From Thermoanaerobaculia bacterium (lineage in GTDB: Bacteria; Acidobacteriota; Thermoanaerobaculia; Multivoradales; Multivoraceae), in the NCBI GenBank assembly GCA_963666565.1, contig OY762911.1, forward strand, positions 4,480,001 to 4,544,000: a stretch of 64,000 nucleotides of DNA. Reading direction: 5' to 3'. The translations under genes and the position numbers were made by a program. Below the pieces are notes generated by a model, which saw nothing but the letters and a program-made list of their open reading frames with translations, did no database searches and was not told where the DNA came from. Positions 46,412 through 56,726 of this stretch are shown piece by piece (the stretch's first letter is position 1; every line of letters begins with the position of its first letter).

Positions 46412-47586
46412 GTTTCCAGTACCTCCAGGCGGCCTGCCACGACCGCCGTCCGAGCCGTCTCCAGCAGACGGCGACGAAAGCCGCCCGCCGTCTCGGCAAG
46501 CTGGGCTGCCTCAAGCGGAAGCTGACCGCCGCCGATCAGCCGGCGGACGACTTCAACTCCGGCGTAGCGGGCAACGAGCGCGCGGTCGACGCCGGATCCC
46601 GCGTCGTCTTCGTCTTCTTCGTCCTCCCGCCCTTCTCCGCCGGCCCTTTCCGAACCCGCGGCCGCCGCCAGGAACGCCGCGACGACCTCCTCCGGCTGCC
46701 CCGCCAGGAGCAGGTGGGCCAAGCCAGTTCCGATGTCGAACTCCGAGTCTCCCGAGCCGCCGTACTGCGGATCCACGACGCGCACGTCGCCGTTCGGCAG
46801 CACGAGCCAGTTCGCGGGATGGAACGCGCCGTGAACCAGGCTGGCGCCGGCGCCGAGGAAGCGGCTGCCCAGCTCGGCGACGGCCTCGCGGAAGCCGCGG
46901 TCCGCCCGCAGCGCGGCTGCCGCGCCGCCCAGGCCGGCCTCCACCGCGTCCAGCGCGGCGGCGTCCGGCGCCGGGCCGTCGGGACCGAAGCCGTTGCCCC
47001 CGGTCGCGTCCGAGCCAAACGGCGCGTCGAACAGCATGCGGTGGCTCAACGCCTTCATGCCGCCGCTCACGCCCTCCGCGTCCCCGTCGCCGCCGTGCGT
47101 GCCGAGCCGAAGCTCCCGCAGGAACCCGCCCAGGGACTCCGCGGCCCCCTCGCCGAGCGAACCGCCCCGGTAGAGCGACGCAAGGTTCGAAGCGCCGCGG
47201 AAGTCCTCAAGCAGCAGCAGGAACCTAGCTTCGTTGGCGGCCATCAGCCGCGGCATGAGAGCCGCCGCCCCGCGCACGCGAGCCACCTCCGCATAGAACG
47301 CGCGCTCGCTTCGCCAGCGATCGGCCGGCATGGCGACCGACTCGTCCCGCCGCAACCACGGCAGCGACTGCTTCAGCACCGCGGTGCGCCACCCCCCGCG
47401 CAGTTCCTGGAGTTCGACCCGCATGACGGTGCTGGACTCGCCACCGAGCGAACTGCAGGTAGTCACCTGCTCCTCGTCGCCCAGCCAGCCAACGGCGCCC
47501 ATCACCAAGTCCACTCGACCCGCCTGGTCGGCCGACAGGACGTGAACTTCGGGGTGTTCCGCCTCGAACTCGCCCCGCCGGTTCAT
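46408..47586 (-). CDS. Phosphotransferase (methylthioribose kinase-like), possibly degenerate
   Basis: VLKQSLPW, LLLLEDF, LVHGAFHPANW (usual HGD reads HGA), VVDPQY. Confidence 0.7.
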   Translation of the reverse strand: MNRRGEFEAEHPEVHVLSADQAGRVDLVMGAVGWLGDEEQVTTCSSLGGESSTVMRVELQELRGGWRTAVLKQSLPWLRRDESVAMPADRWRSERAFYAEVARVRGAAALMPRLMAANEARFLLLLEDFRGASNLASLYRGGSLGEGAAESLGGFLRELRLGTHGGDGDAEGVSGGMKALSHRMLFDAPFGSDATGGNGFGPDGPAPDAAALDAVEAGLGGAAAALRADRGFREAVAELGSRFLGAGASLVHGAFHPANWLVLPNGDVRVVDPQYGGSGDSEFDIGTGLAHLLLAGQPEEVVAAFLAAAAGSERAGGEGREDEEDEDDAGSGVDRALVARYAGVEVVRRLIGGGQLPLEAAQLAETAGGFRRRLLETARTAVVAGRLEVLET

Positions 47587-47816
47587 CGGCGCAAGCTATC
47601 ACCGGGCAGAGGCCGCCGACGCCAGCAAGGGAAGGCGCCGGCCTGACGGCCGGCCCGTACTCCTGGTCGCCTGCGGCGACAGCGGGTCAGAAGACCCGCG
47701 CACCGACACCCTGGCTGAACCGACAGCGAACGGCCAGTCGAAGATGTCCAGCCCGACCGGCGAGCGGCCATGACCGCCGCAGCCCCGCGGGGCGCGGATG
47801 CTCCTAGAATGCACCC

Positions 47817-48572
47817 GTGGACGGTGCTCGGAGCGCAACGAACCCGGTGCTGAGGATCGCGATGTGGTCCGGCCCCCGGAACATCTCGACCGCGATGCTG
47901 CGGGCCTGGGGGAACCGCGACGACGCCTTCGTGTGCGACGAGCCGCTCTACGCGAACTACCTGCTCGAACACGGGCTCGACCATCCCGGCCGGGACGAGA
48001 TCCTCGCCAACCACGACAGCGACCTGGAGCGGGTTGTGAGGTGGCTGACGGCGGAAGCGCCGGAAGAGAAGCCGATCTTCTACCAGAAGCACATGGCGCA
48101 TCACCTGCTGCCAGAGACGGACCGATCCTGGGTGGCGAGCCTCATCAACGTCTTCCTGATCCGCGATCCGGCGGAGATGCTGACGTCGCTGATCCACATC
48201 CTCCCGGAACCGAAGCTGTCCGACACCGGCCTGCCCCAGCAGCGGGAACTCTTCGACCTGGAACGGCAACGCCTCGGCCACGCGCCCGCAGTGCTCGACT
48301 CCGCCGACGTGCTGCGCAACCCCCGCGCCGGCCTCGAGAGCCTGTGCCGCGCCGTCGGCGCCGAGTTCGACGAGGCGATGCTGCACTGGCCGCCCGGCCG
48401 CCGCGAGACGGACGGCGTCTGGGCGCCGCACTGGTACGGCGCCGTCGAGAAGAGCACCTGTTTCGCGCCCTACCGGCCCAAGAACGAGCCGGTCCCCGAG
48501 TTCCTTGCCGACGTGCTCGAGAAGTGCCAGCGGCACTACGATCACCTCGCCGCTCATCGCCTCCTCTTCTGA
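47817..48572 (+). CDS. Sulfotransferase-like P-loop protein (partner of class IV aminotransferase)
   Basis: RIAMWSGPRNISTA, DEPLYA, QKHMAHH, WAPHWY. Confidence 0.8.
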   Translation: MDGARSATNPVLRIAMWSGPRNISTAMLRAWGNRDDAFVCDEPLYANYLLEHGLDHPGRDEILANHDSDLERVVRWLTAEAPEEKPIFYQKHMAHHLLPETDRSWVASLINVFLIRDPAEMLTSLIHILPEPKLSDTGLPQQRELFDLERQRLGHAPAVLDSADVLRNPRAGLESLCRAVGAEFDEAMLHWPPGRRETDGVWAPHWYGAVEKSTCFAPYRPKNEPVPEFLADVLEKCQRHYDHLAAHRLLF

Positions 48573-48589
48573 AACCAACCGAACCCGCC

Positions 48590-49489
48590 ATGCTCCAGAA
48601 GGCCAACCCCAGAAACCGGGATCTGCTGATCAACATCGACGGCGAACTGATCCACCGCGACCGCGCCGGGATCAGCCCCTTCGACTCCGCCGTCCAGGGC
48701 GGCGACGCGGTCTGGGAGGGGCTGCGCCTCTACGACGGCCGCATCTTCAAGCTCGAACAGCACCTGGACCGCCTCCGCCACTCGGCGCTGGCGCTGGCCT
48801 TCGCGGAAATCCCGTCGCACGAGGAGATCGTCGGCGAGATCCGCCGCACCCTGGAAGCGAACGGGATGCGGGACAACGTCCACATCCGCCTGACCCTCAC
48901 CCGCGGCGTCAAGATCACCTCCGGCATGGACCCGCGGCTCAACGTCGCCGGGCCCACCCTGATCGTCCTCGCCGAGCACAAGGCGCCGGTCTACGGCGCC
49001 CGGCCGATCCGGCTGATCACCGCCTCGATCCGCCGCTTCCCGCCCGACTGCATGGACCCGAAGATCCACCACGCCAACCTGATCCAGTCCATCCTCGCCA
49101 AGATCGAGGCGAACGCCGCCGGCGCCGACGACGCCCTGATGCTCGACCGCCAGGGCTTCGTCGCCGAAACGAACGCGACCCACGTCTTCCTGGTGCGCGG
49201 CGGCGTCGTGGCGACCAGCCACTGCCACGCCTGTCCCGAGGGAGTGACCCGCTCGACCGTGCTCGAACTCTGCCGGGAGAACGGCATTCCGCACGAGGTG
49301 GTCGACTTCACCCAGGCCGAACTCTACCGGGCCGACGAGGCGTTCTGCACCGGCACGATGGGCGAGCTCGTGGCGGTCGTCGAGGTCGACGGACGCCCGA
49401 TAGGTTGCGGCGACCGGCCGGTGCTGGCGCGGCTGCAGGCGCTGTTCCGGGACCTGACCGCGAGCAGCGGCTATCCCATCCTGGATTGA
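48590..49489 (+). CDS. Aminotransferase class IV
   Basis: GDAVWEGLR, KIHHANL, ETNATH, GVTR, ADEAFCTGT. Confidence 0.9.
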   Translation: MLQKANPRNRDLLINIDGELIHRDRAGISPFDSAVQGGDAVWEGLRLYDGRIFKLEQHLDRLRHSALALAFAEIPSHEEIVGEIRRTLEANGMRDNVHIRLTLTRGVKITSGMDPRLNVAGPTLIVLAEHKAPVYGARPIRLITASIRRFPPDCMDPKIHHANLIQSILAKIEANAAGADDALMLDRQGFVAETNATHVFLVRGGVVATSHCHACPEGVTRSTVLELCRENGIPHEVVDFTQAELYRADEAFCTGTMGELVAVVEVDGRPIGCGDRPVLARLQALFRDLTASSGYPILD

Positions 49490-49566
49490 CGCCGGCGGAC
49501 TTCGCAAGGCGCCATGCTCGGCCCCAGCCCCTCACCTCGCGAGAACGCAGCGTCGATTCCCGGAAG

Positions 49567-51642
49567 ATGACCGCGTCAGAGCCGCAGCCGGAAGCGACCC
49601 CCGCCCCGACCACGCGCCTGCAGAAGTGGCTGCTCGCGGCGCTGCTGCTGTGGGCGCTCGCCGCCCGGGTGCTCTTCAGTTGGCCAGACCCGACGATGAA
49701 CCGGCTCTGGGACGAGCGCTACAACGCCGGCAACGTCGCCACGGCGCTGGCGTTCGACCAGTGGCGGCCCCTCCGGACGCACTACCCGACGCTGTCCTAC
49801 ATGCCGCACACGGTCGTGCTCAAGCTGTACGAGGAAGCCCGTGCCCTGCCGCTGCTGGAAGACGCGCCGACGACGTTCGGCATCGCCCGCGACGGCCGCG
49901 CACACCTGACCCCGATCGCCGTGCGGGTCTGCCGCATCCTTCAGACGCTGGTGGGAACCGCCTCGCTGTTCGTCGTGTTCCTGATCGGACGGCGCCTCTT
50001 CGGCCCCTGGGTCGGCCTCGGGGCCGCCTTCCTGCTCGCGGTCGCTCCCTGGCACCTGCGCCAGTCCGGCGTGTTCAAGCCCGACATCATGCTCGTGCTG
50101 GCCGCGGTGCTGGCGCTGTACGCGATGCTCCGGGCGCGGCGCGCCCCTAGCGCCGGAAGCTACGCCGTAGCGGGCGCCCTGGTCGGCGCGACGGCGGCGG
50201 CCAAGTGGAACGGCGCCGCCCTGGCCCTGCCGCTGCTCGCCGCCCTCGTCCTGGGCGGCGTCTCCAGCCCCGGCCTGCTGCTCCGCCGCGCCGCGGCCGC
50301 GGCGGCGGCGGGCGCCGCCACGCTGCTGGCGCTGAACCCCTGGCTCGTCCTGGCGCCCGACCTCTACCGGCGCCACCTAGGCAACACCGTGAGCCACTAC
50401 CGGGAGCGGCTCGCCGAGGTCGGCGCGAGCCTCTTCGACCAGCCGCTCTCCGCCGTGACGAGTCTCGCCGGCGGCGTCTACTTCGGCCCGGTGCTGGGCG
50501 CGGCGGCCCTGCTCGGCCTGGCGTGGATGCTGGCGCTCGCCCTGCGCGCGGGGCGCGGCGTCGCGAGCGCGCTGCCGGGCACGGGACGAGGGGCCGCGGG
50601 CGAACCGCGCGGCGCGAGCGGCGGCGCCGCCGGCGCACTGCCAGACGCGGGCCGCGGCATCGCGGGCGGCGGCGCCACCGTCGCGGACGCGTGGATCCTC
50701 CTCGTCTTCTTCGGCGGCTACGTCGCTTCGCTGTGGGTCGTCACCCGCTACCCCAAGCCGCCGAACTGGCTGATCGTCGCCCCGGTCGTCGCTCTCGCCG
50801 GCGCCTGGTGCATCGGCCGGCTGCTCCAGGCCGCGCGTACGCTTCCCCGCGGGCCGATCCAGGCGACCGCCGTCGCCGTCCTGGCGCTCGCGGCGGGAGC
50901 CGCCGGACTCGACAAGGCCCGCTTCGTGCACGCCACCGTCTACGACACGAACGTGCCGCTGACCTCGGCCGCGGCGGCCCGGGCCGCGGGCAGCCCGAAG
51001 CCGCTGCGGGGCCGCACCATGTTCTCCGAACTGCCGCTCGGCAAACAGGACATCGACCCCCGCACCTGGGACGGCGCCTTCGTCCCCACGCTGATCCAGA
51101 CGGAAGACCTCGCCGCCGAAGCCAGCGCGGAACGCGACGCCGCCGACGTGCTGCTGTTCGGCGGCGCGCGGCTGGCGCCTGGAGAGGATCCGGTCTATCG
51201 CGAACTGGCGGCGCCCGATGGCGGCGTCGAGGTCCGGCGCTTCGACCCACGGCCGTTCCGGCTGCGCGGCGATTCGGTCGTCCTCGTCCGGCGTCCCTTC
51301 CTGGCCCTCGGCGGGCCGGAGGCGGCGCCCTTCGCCGCGGCCGGAGACGGCGTCCACGAGGTCGAGCCCGCCGCGCTGGAGGCCGGAGACGGCGATCCGG
51401 GGCCGGGGCGGCTCCTCGTTTCGCTCGAGGTCGCGGTGCGCGTGCCTGCGGCCGCGGCGGCCGACGTCGCCGTGGAGGTCGACGGCGTTCGCCTCCCCTG
51501 CCGCCACACCCAGAAGGGCCGCGCGCGCCGGCGCTGCCTGACGCCGCGCTTCGAGGCGCCGGAGTCGCCAGTACGGATCCTCGTCGAGCCGCCGCGCGAC
51601 GTGATCGACGTCACCGTCTTCCACTGGCGCCGGCCCGGCTGA
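49567..51642 (+). CDS. GT-C / family 39 (ArnT-like) glycosyltransferase
   Basis: WDE motif after the first TM helix, KPD, AAKWNG; many TM helices. Confidence 0.75.
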   Translation: MTASEPQPEATPAPTTRLQKWLLAALLLWALAARVLFSWPDPTMNRLWDERYNAGNVATALAFDQWRPLRTHYPTLSYMPHTVVLKLYEEARALPLLEDAPTTFGIARDGRAHLTPIAVRVCRILQTLVGTASLFVVFLIGRRLFGPWVGLGAAFLLAVAPWHLRQSGVFKPDIMLVLAAVLALYAMLRARRAPSAGSYAVAGALVGATAAAKWNGAALALPLLAALVLGGVSSPGLLLRRAAAAAAAGAATLLALNPWLVLAPDLYRRHLGNTVSHYRERLAEVGASLFDQPLSAVTSLAGGVYFGPVLGAAALLGLAWMLALALRAGRGVASALPGTGRGAAGEPRGASGGAAGALPDAGRGIAGGGATVADAWILLVFFGGYVASLWVVTRYPKPPNWLIVAPVVALAGAWCIGRLLQAARTLPRGPIQATAVAVLALAAGAAGLDKARFVHATVYDTNVPLTSAAAARAAGSPKPLRGRTMFSELPLGKQDIDPRTWDGAFVPTLIQTEDLAAEASAERDAADVLLFGGARLAPGEDPVYRELAAPDGGVEVRRFDPRPFRLRGDSVVLVRRPFLALGGPEAAPFAAAGDGVHEVEPAALEAGDGDPGPGRLLVSLEVAVRVPAAAAADVAVEVDGVRLPCRHTQKGRARRRCLTPRFEAPESPVRILVEPPRDVIDVTVFHWRRPG

Positions 51643-51810
51643 ATCGAGCCGGCGGCAAGGTCGCCGCTTCGCGGCGCGTTCACTTCAGAAGCCGGCGGGG
51701 ACGCCGGCGCACCCGGTGCGCGGCCCCGTTCCCTGCGCGACAGCGCAGCCTTACGGCTGCGCACGCTCGTGGCCCCTTGCCGTCAGCCCCGTTCTGTGCA
51801 ACCATGCTCC

Positions 51811-51838
51811 TGCTGCAATGCAGCAAGCAGTGCAGCAT
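51811..51838. promoter_or_regulatory. TGC-rich palindromic operator, PhaR-like
   Basis: TGCTGCA-A-TGCAGCA perfect inverted repeat plus a second TGCAGCA half-site, ~45-70 bp upstream of WS/DGAT. Confidence 0.55.
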
Positions 51839-51879
51839 AACCCTCCCCACTCGCGATCCGCCCCCGTTCTGGAGACGCC

Positions 51880-53478
51880 ATGGCCACGGAACTGAACCGA
51901 TTCCTGAGCCCCCTCGACGCCACGTTCCTCTACGTCGAGCGCCCCAACGAGACGATGCACATCGGCGGCTGCATGGTCTACGAAGGCGAGTTCTCGAAGG
52001 AGTACGTGATCGAACAGCTTGCCGCCCGCATGCACCTGCTGCCCCGCTACCGCCAGCGCGTGCTGTTCCCGCCCTTCCTCGTCTCGCATCCCGTCTGGGT
52101 CGACGACCCGGCCTTCGACCTGGAGAACCACGTCGAGGAAGTGTGGATCCCGGAAGACAGCGACCACCAGGTGCTCGGCCGCGCGGCCGCCGAGGCCTAC
52201 GGCGGCATGCTCGACCGCAACCGCCCGCTCTGGAAGGGCATCCTGCTGCGCGGCATCCCGGGGCACACCGCCATCGTCTGGAAGGTCCACCACGCGATGG
52301 TCGACGGCGTCTCCGGCGTCGATCTGTCCATGGTGCTGAGCGACTTCTCGCCCACCGACGAACTGCCGGCGCCGCCCGCCGAGACCTGGGCGCCGAAGCC
52401 CCTGCCCGACTCCCTGAGCCTGCTCCAGGAAGCGACGCAGCATCGTCTCGGGCAGCTCAACGAGTCCTGGACGAACGCCGCCTTCGACGCCATGCGCCCC
52501 AATCTGATGGCCGACCGCGCCCGGGAGCTGATGGCCGCCGGCGCCGCGACCCTGCCGGTCTCCTCGGCGCCCGCGCCGAGAACCGTCTTCAACCGGCCGG
52601 TGGGCAAGAAGCGGGGCTTCGCCTGGGCCCAGTTCTCCTTCCCGGCGATGCGGGCGGTCAAGTCGGCCCTGGGCGGCACGGTGAACGACGTCGTGCTCAC
52701 CGTGCTCGCCGGCGGCATCGGCCGCTACCTGCGCGAGCGCGGCCAGGACACGAGCCGGCTCGAACTGCGCGCCATGTGCCCCGTCAGCATGCGCGAGCAG
52801 GACGAACGCGGCCAGCTCGGCAACCTCGTCTCCAACATGATCGCCCCCCTGTTCGTCGGCGTCGACGACCCGGTCGAGCGGCTGGGCCGCCAACGCGACG
52901 CGATGAACAAGCTGAAGGAGGCCGGACAGGCGAAGGCCCTCTACCAGATGACCCGGTTCGGCGACCGGGTGCCGCCGCTGATGGCCGCGGCCGCCGCCAC
53001 GATGCCCTTCTCCCAGACCCTGTTCAACACGGTGTCGACGAACGTGCCCGGCCCGATGATCCCGCTCTACTTCGGGCCCCACAAGCTGGTCGACTGGCTG
53101 CCGCTCGGCATCGTCTCGAACAACATCGGGCTGTTCGTCGCCATCCTGAGCTACAACCAGCGCATCACCCTGGGCATGACGGTGGACGGGAAACTGATCC
53201 CGGACCCGTGGTTCCTCGCCGAGTGCCTGGAGGAGTCCTACGCGGAACTGCGCCAGACGGCCGGCATCGAGGAAGACGAGCCGACCGGCGCCCGCTGCTT
53301 CGCGGCCGCCGCGCCGCCGGCCCCCGCCGAGGCGGCCGAGACGGCCGAAGCGGCCGAGCCTGAAGAAGCGCCGGCCGAGGCGCCCGGAACGGCCGAAGCG
53401 GCGCCGGAACCCGCCACCGGCGCCGAGCCGCGCGCGGCCGCCGACTCCGGCGACGGCGCCCTGCGAGGAGTCGCCTGA
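51880..53478 (+). CDS. Wax ester synthase / diacylglycerol acyltransferase
   Basis: LDRNRPLW, catalytic HHAMVDG, GTVNDV, NVPGP. Confidence 0.92.
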   Translation: MATELNRFLSPLDATFLYVERPNETMHIGGCMVYEGEFSKEYVIEQLAARMHLLPRYRQRVLFPPFLVSHPVWVDDPAFDLENHVEEVWIPEDSDHQVLGRAAAEAYGGMLDRNRPLWKGILLRGIPGHTAIVWKVHHAMVDGVSGVDLSMVLSDFSPTDELPAPPAETWAPKPLPDSLSLLQEATQHRLGQLNESWTNAAFDAMRPNLMADRARELMAAGAATLPVSSAPAPRTVFNRPVGKKRGFAWAQFSFPAMRAVKSALGGTVNDVVLTVLAGGIGRYLRERGQDTSRLELRAMCPVSMREQDERGQLGNLVSNMIAPLFVGVDDPVERLGRQRDAMNKLKEAGQAKALYQMTRFGDRVPPLMAAAAATMPFSQTLFNTVSTNVPGPMIPLYFGPHKLVDWLPLGIVSNNIGLFVAILSYNQRITLGMTVDGKLIPDPWFLAECLEESYAELRQTAGIEEDEPTGARCFAAAAPPAPAEAAETAEAAEPEEAPAEAPGTAEAAPEPATGAEPRAAADSGDGALRGVA

Positions 53479-54389
53479 TGACGGCATCGGCACGGCGCCG
53501 GCCAACCGGCCCGATCTGGAGCGCGAACCCGCGCCTCCTGCGGGACTCGGTGCCGGCCGCCCTGCCGCTGTGGCGCGAGGCGTTCGCGGCCGCCGAGTTC
53601 TCGCTGCTGCCGTTCACGCCGATCTTCCACGGCATCGGCGCGGCACGCGGAGACGGCGCCGCGGTGATCGTGGTTCCCGGCTTCACCGGCACCGACGGCT
53701 ACCTGGCGCCGATGCGCGGCTGGCTCCGCCGCATCGGCTACCGGCCCTTCCGCTCCGGCGTCGGCCACAACGCGGACTGCCTCGACCGGCTCGGCAGCCG
53801 GCTGACCGGCACGCTCCAGGGCGCAGCGGACGAGACGGGACGGCGCGTCCATCTCGTCGGCCACAGCCTGGGCGGCATGCTGTCCCGCGGCGTCGCGGGC
53901 CTCCGTCCCGACCTGGTCGCGTCCGTCACCACGATGGGCTCGCCCATCCGCGGCGTCCGCTCGCATCCCCTGGTGATGCGGATGGCGGAGGCCGTGCGCC
54001 GCCGCGTCGTTGCCCAGGACGCCGACCGCGACCCCGGCTGCTTCTCGGGAGATTGCCGCTGCGACATCGTGCGCGCGGTGCAGAGTCCGTTCCCGGACGG
54101 CGTTCCGCAGCTCGCCATCTTCACCCGGCGGGACGGCGTCGTCGCCTGGCGCTACACCCGGCTGCACGATCCCTCGCAGAACCGGGAAGTGCCCGGCACC
54201 CACTCCGGCCTGGCCGCCAATCCGCTTGCCTACTATCACCTCGCCCGCTTCCTGAAGCGTCATCCGAGCCCCGGGCTCAGGCCGTCCGACGCCGCGCTTC
54301 CGGTTCCGCTGACGACGCCGAAGCGGACCTCCCGGGTTCGGCCGGCGCCTGCGCCCGAAGCGGAGAACGGCCGGGAGTCCGCGTCGTGA
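53478..54389 (+). CDS. Alpha/beta hydrolase (lipase/esterase)
   Basis: VPGF, GHSLGG, DGVVAW, THSGL. Confidence 0.85.
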   Translation: MTASARRRPTGPIWSANPRLLRDSVPAALPLWREAFAAAEFSLLPFTPIFHGIGAARGDGAAVIVVPGFTGTDGYLAPMRGWLRRIGYRPFRSGVGHNADCLDRLGSRLTGTLQGAADETGRRVHLVGHSLGGMLSRGVAGLRPDLVASVTTMGSPIRGVRSHPLVMRMAEAVRRRVVAQDADRDPGCFSGDCRCDIVRAVQSPFPDGVPQLAIFTRRDGVVAWRYTRLHDPSQNREVPGTHSGLAANPLAYYHLARFLKRHPSPGLRPSDAALPVPLTTPKRTSRVRPAPAPEAENGRESAS

Positions 54390-55783
54390 CCGCCGCCAAC
54401 GCGCCGCTCCAGGCGGACCAGGCAGTCCTCTGGAACCTGGAACGCCGCAGCCCCGGATTGCACGTCGCGGGCCTCGCGCTGGTGGACGGCGAGGTCGACC
54501 GGCGGGAACTCCTCCGCTGGATGACCCGGCTCCGCCGGCTCCCCCGCTTCGGCCTGCGCGTCGAGGCGCCGCCCTACGGCACGCCCCGCTGGCGCCCGGC
54601 CCCGTTCGAGCTCGAGGACCATCTCCACGTCGTGTCGAACGGCGACCCGGCGGCCGCGCTCGACGAAGCCCTGAGCAGGCCGCTCGATCCCGGCCGGCCG
54701 CTGTGGGAGCTCCACCTGGCGCCCGGCTACCACGACGGCGGCGACGCGCTGCTGGTGAAGTCCCACCTCATCGCGGTCGACGGCCTGGCGACGGGCGACC
54801 TGTTCCACGCCCTCTTCGCGAGCGGCACGGAAGTCGACGAGATGGAAGCCGCCGAACCGGCCGCCAACGGCGCCGGGACCGCCGCCGGATCGCTGCCGGC
54901 GGAGTGGGTCGAGAACTGGACCCGGACCGGCCAGGACCTGTTCGCGGGCCTCCGGCAGTTCGCCTCGGAGGACACCCGCACCGCCTTCCTGACCCTGAGC
55001 GAGACGATGCCCGACATCGGCCTCCCTCCGCTGCCCCTGCCGTTCAACCGGAAGCTGAGCGGGCGGCGACGCCTGATCCGGGCCGCCTTCCCCTACCACG
55101 ACATCCGTTCCATCCGCGCCCGGCTGGGCGGCACGCTCTCCGACGTCGTCGTCGCCCTGGCCGGCGGCGCGCTGGAGCGGTACCTGGGCGGCAGGGGAGC
55201 GTCGGTCCGCGGCCGCAGCCTGCGCGTCGCCCTGGCCACCGACCTCCCCGAGCGCGGCGGCAAGCGGCGGAGCCTGCTGCCCGTCGAGGTTCCCCTCGGG
55301 ATCGGCGCCGCCGAGCGGCTGCGTTCCGTTCATCAACTCGCGCGCCTGCTGCGCGCCGCCCGGGTTGCCGACGCACTGTCCCGCCTGACCGGCATGCAGC
55401 GGGCCGCGGGTCCGCTGGCCGCCGCCGCGCTCGCGACGACATCCTCCGTCCGGCCGCCCTTCCACCTCACCGTGGCCAACGCGAACGGCCCCCAGATCCC
55501 GCAGTTCCTGGCCGGCCGCCCCCTCGCCGGCTACACGCCGTCCTGGCCGGTCGGCCTGGGCCAGGGCCTCTCCTGCGCGTTCTTCGCCTACAACCAATCG
55601 CTGCACGTCGGTCTCACCGTGGACGAGGGCGCCTGCCCCGACGCCGGCACGCTGCCGCGCCTGCTCGCGGAGTCGTTCGACGAACTCCGCCGGGCAGCCG
55701 ACAGCGCGCCTCGCCGCCGGGCGCGCCGCGCTCCGTTCGCGGACCGAACCGCCGCAGTTCCACAGCCCGAGGAGACCCCATGA
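54386..55783 (+). CDS. Second WS/DGAT-family protein with degenerate active site
   Basis: LDPGRPLWE, KSHLIAVDG in place of HHxxxDG, GGTLSDV, NANGP. Confidence 0.78.
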   Translation: MTAANAPLQADQAVLWNLERRSPGLHVAGLALVDGEVDRRELLRWMTRLRRLPRFGLRVEAPPYGTPRWRPAPFELEDHLHVVSNGDPAAALDEALSRPLDPGRPLWELHLAPGYHDGGDALLVKSHLIAVDGLATGDLFHALFASGTEVDEMEAAEPAANGAGTAAGSLPAEWVENWTRTGQDLFAGLRQFASEDTRTAFLTLSETMPDIGLPPLPLPFNRKLSGRRRLIRAAFPYHDIRSIRARLGGTLSDVVVALAGGALERYLGGRGASVRGRSLRVALATDLPERGGKRRSLLPVEVPLGIGAAERLRSVHQLARLLRAARVADALSRLTGMQRAAGPLAAAALATTSSVRPPFHLTVANANGPQIPQFLAGRPLAGYTPSWPVGLGQGLSCAFFAYNQSLHVGLTVDEGACPDAGTLPRLLAESFDELRRAADSAPRRRARRAPFADRTAAVPQPEETP

Positions 55784-56160
55784 ACCGAGCGAACATCCCC
55801 AGACAGGCGCTCGACTTCCAGAAGCAGATTCTGGACTTCCAGAGAACCGCGTTCGAGAACGGCTACGACGCGATCGTCGCCCTCCAGCAGCGCCAGCTCG
55901 AACTCGCCGACCGGATGATGAACCAGGCGCCGAACCTCCCCGACGAGGCCCGCGAGCTGATCCGAACCTGGCGCGACGCCGCCGAGGAGAGTCAGCGCCA
56001 GTTCAAGACCACGGTCGACGGCTCGTTCGACGCCGTGACGGCCTACCTCGACCGCCTCGCCGGCGACTCCGGCGCGCCCGCCGCGCCCGCCGCGCCGAGC
56101 GATGAGCCGGCCGACCAGGCCTCGACCGAACCCCAGGCCCAAGAGGAGGCAGCCCAGTGA
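55780..56160 (+). CDS. Phasin-like / granule-associated helical protein
   Basis: KQILDFQRTAFENGYDAIVALQQ amphipathic helices; GGAG RBS; operon context. Confidence 0.6.
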   Translation: MNRANIPRQALDFQKQILDFQRTAFENGYDAIVALQQRQLELADRMMNQAPNLPDEARELIRTWRDAAEESQRQFKTTVDGSFDAVTAYLDRLAGDSGAPAAPAAPSDEPADQASTEPQAQEEAAQ

Positions 56161-56726
56161 ACGACATGGCGACCCGGTACCCGCGGACGGTCCGCCTCAA
56201 GAACCAGTCCTTCCAGTTCAGCCTCCTGAGACAGGAAGACCGCGATCACGTGCTCGCCTTCGCGCGCGCGCTGCCGGAAGAGGACCTCCGGTTCCTCCGC
56301 GTCGACATGACGGATCCGAAGGTAGTCGACAACTGGGTCGAAGGCGCGATGGCCGGCACCCGCGTCGCCGTGCTCGCCCTGAACGGCGACCGCGTCGTCG
56401 GCTACGGCAGCCTGAACCGGCGCGAGTCGTCCTGGATGAGGCACCTAGGCGAGATCCGGATCATGGTGCTGCCCGAGGTCCGCCAACTCGGCCTCGGCGG
56501 TCACCTGGCGCACGACGTCTTCAACCTCGCCCAGCAGATCGGGCTGACCAAGATCGTCGCCCAGATGGCCCGCGAACAGCGCGGCGCCCGTCAGATGTTC
56601 CAGAACCTGGGCTTCTCGGTGGAGGCCCTGCTGGCCGACTGGGTGATCGACCCGAACGACGCCACGCACGACCTGATCCTCATGTCGTACGACGTAACGG
56701 GGCTGGAGGCCGGGGCGGGAGCGTAG
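56157..56726 (+). CDS. GNAT family N-acetyltransferase
   Basis: VLPEVRQLGLG, FQNLGFSVE. Confidence 0.82.
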   Translation: MNDMATRYPRTVRLKNQSFQFSLLRQEDRDHVLAFARALPEEDLRFLRVDMTDPKVVDNWVEGAMAGTRVAVLALNGDRVVGYGSLNRRESSWMRHLGEIRIMVLPEVRQLGLGGHLAHDVFNLAQQIGLTKIVAQMAREQRGARQMFQNLGFSVEALLADWVIDPNDATHDLILMSYDVTGLEAGAGA

